Source: Phyllobates terribilis (Eukaryota). From it: a stretch of 64,000 nucleotides of DNA. This document shows positions 62,889 to 64,000 of this stretch, one piece after another. The notes under the pieces were generated by a model. That model saw only the letters and a list, made by a program, of their open reading frames with translations. It did no database searches and had not been told where the DNA came from. The stretch covers positions 191,890,001 through 191,954,000 of the forward strand of contig NW_027362770.1 in assembly GCF_046119375.1 (NCBI RefSeq), given 5' to 3'. Made by a program: the position numbers and the translations under genes. The stretch's first letter is position 1, and every line of letters begins with the position of its first letter.

Positions 62889-63329
62889 CTTCTGTAGGGT
62901 CCATGTAGGGCTGATCAGATCTTTAGGGTCAGCTGTGGACTGCCCTTGTCAGGGCGGGAGCTTTGGGGTCCTAGGGACAGCATATGAGAACAGGGCATTA
63001 TAGGGTCAGAGGTGGATGACCGCTGGATTAACCCTGTGCTATTCTGTGGAGAAATTCGTGCTGCAGGACCGGTGAGATTGTTCCTTTTCTTTCTACTTAT
63101 GAATTTCCACTGTTTGCATATGATAGTCTCTCTCTACTATTAAGGAGTAAACATTATTGTAGTAAATTAAGGAACATATATCTCCTGTTGTATTTTCTGA
63201 ACTAGTCCACCCCACTGGGTGAATAACATCCCTATTTGTTTGTTTGTGTGTATCTAGATACTATTTTAGATTTAATTATCCCATTAAAAGTTATATTTTA
63301 ATTCTGCCATTTTTTGCTGTATATGTTTT

Positions 63330-63614
63330 ATTGTGAGTCCGTAAAAGTGGCGTAATACCTCTGACAACATTGTTGACAGCAGTGATCTGGGTGTCCGAAA
63401 TGCTTCCAGGGGTCTTCCCCCTGCTGATCCCAGGTCATTTGAGCACTCTTCCCATCGATTTGGGCAATTTTTAGGCCCTCTGCAGACCGCCGGAAAAATG
63501 CTAGTTTCCCATAGACTTACATTGGTCTCGTTACTCGGTCCTAGCACTCAAGCATTCCAATTTGCTCGACCCGAACGACGAGTACCCGAGCATTTTAGTG
63601 CTCGCTCATCACTA
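63330..63614 (-). mobile_element. hAT-family terminal segment
   Basis: Ends GTGCTCGCTCATCACTA; homologous to 3960-4257. Confidence 0.7.
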
Positions 63615-64000
63615 ATAACAACCTATTCATACAACCTTTTTCTTGTAGGACACCTGTAAGGAATAAACAATAAACACAATTAAAACAATCAGCATCTCTT
63701 CAGCTGGAGTTTTTCGCACGTCTTCAATCAGATGTCTCTCACTAGGCTTTAACAGTTATTTTTTTCTACAAAGTCTTTTAAGGAAAATCAATAATAAAAC
63801 AAAAATAAATAATAATAATAATGTTTAATAAAACAGGCACAGTAATGTCAGTCTCTTCAGTAGCATAATTCAGCACAGATTAGATCTTTTCGCAGCGCAC
63901 TTCTATGCATACACAACCACCGGCTTTTCCTTCAATAATACACAGCATTCTTTATCCTGCATGGAGATGAAGGGGGGAGGGTTTGATGAGGGAGAAGATC

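Larger units (their letters stand above)
57105..63300 (+). mobile_element. Penelope-like retroelement with inverted upstream pseudo-LTR
   Basis: RT plus GIY-YIG ORF; inverted copies 57105-57178/58360-58433 and 58266-58346/61563-61643; hammerhead motifs. Right boundary approximate. Confidence 0.85.

Overview
Eukaryotic, repeat-dense DNA, most likely from a frog (inferred from Xenopus-like histone sequences and the transposon families present). It is not prokaryotic and has no CRISPR array. The only host genes are a replication-dependent histone cluster at 42.5-55.4 kb: H3(+), H2B(+), H4(+) and a divergent H2A(-)/H2B(+) pair, each with a 3' stem-loop. No H1 is present. The cluster also holds 'ghost' loci where flanks persist but the gene is gone: one H2A ghost and two copies of an H4 ghost, each with a breakpoint within about 10 nt of the stem-loop. 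The rest is nested mobile DNA. It includes a 52-bp higher-order satellite, hAT relics, a Tc1 with a solo LTR in its terminal repeat, and a 5.75-kb non-autonomous hAT that is essentially one large nested palindrome. A 14.4-kb Helitron carries two CR1 insertions (one fused in frame to the Helitron N-terminus), a piggyBac-like insertion and a CCAAT-rich array. Also present are a full-length Gypsy element with a tRNA-Ser primer site but no target-site duplication, related solo LTRs, L2 and CR1 relics, and a Penelope-like element with GIY-YIG endonuclease and hammerhead ribozyme motifs. All coordinates were read by eye; fuzzy ends may be off by tens of bases.
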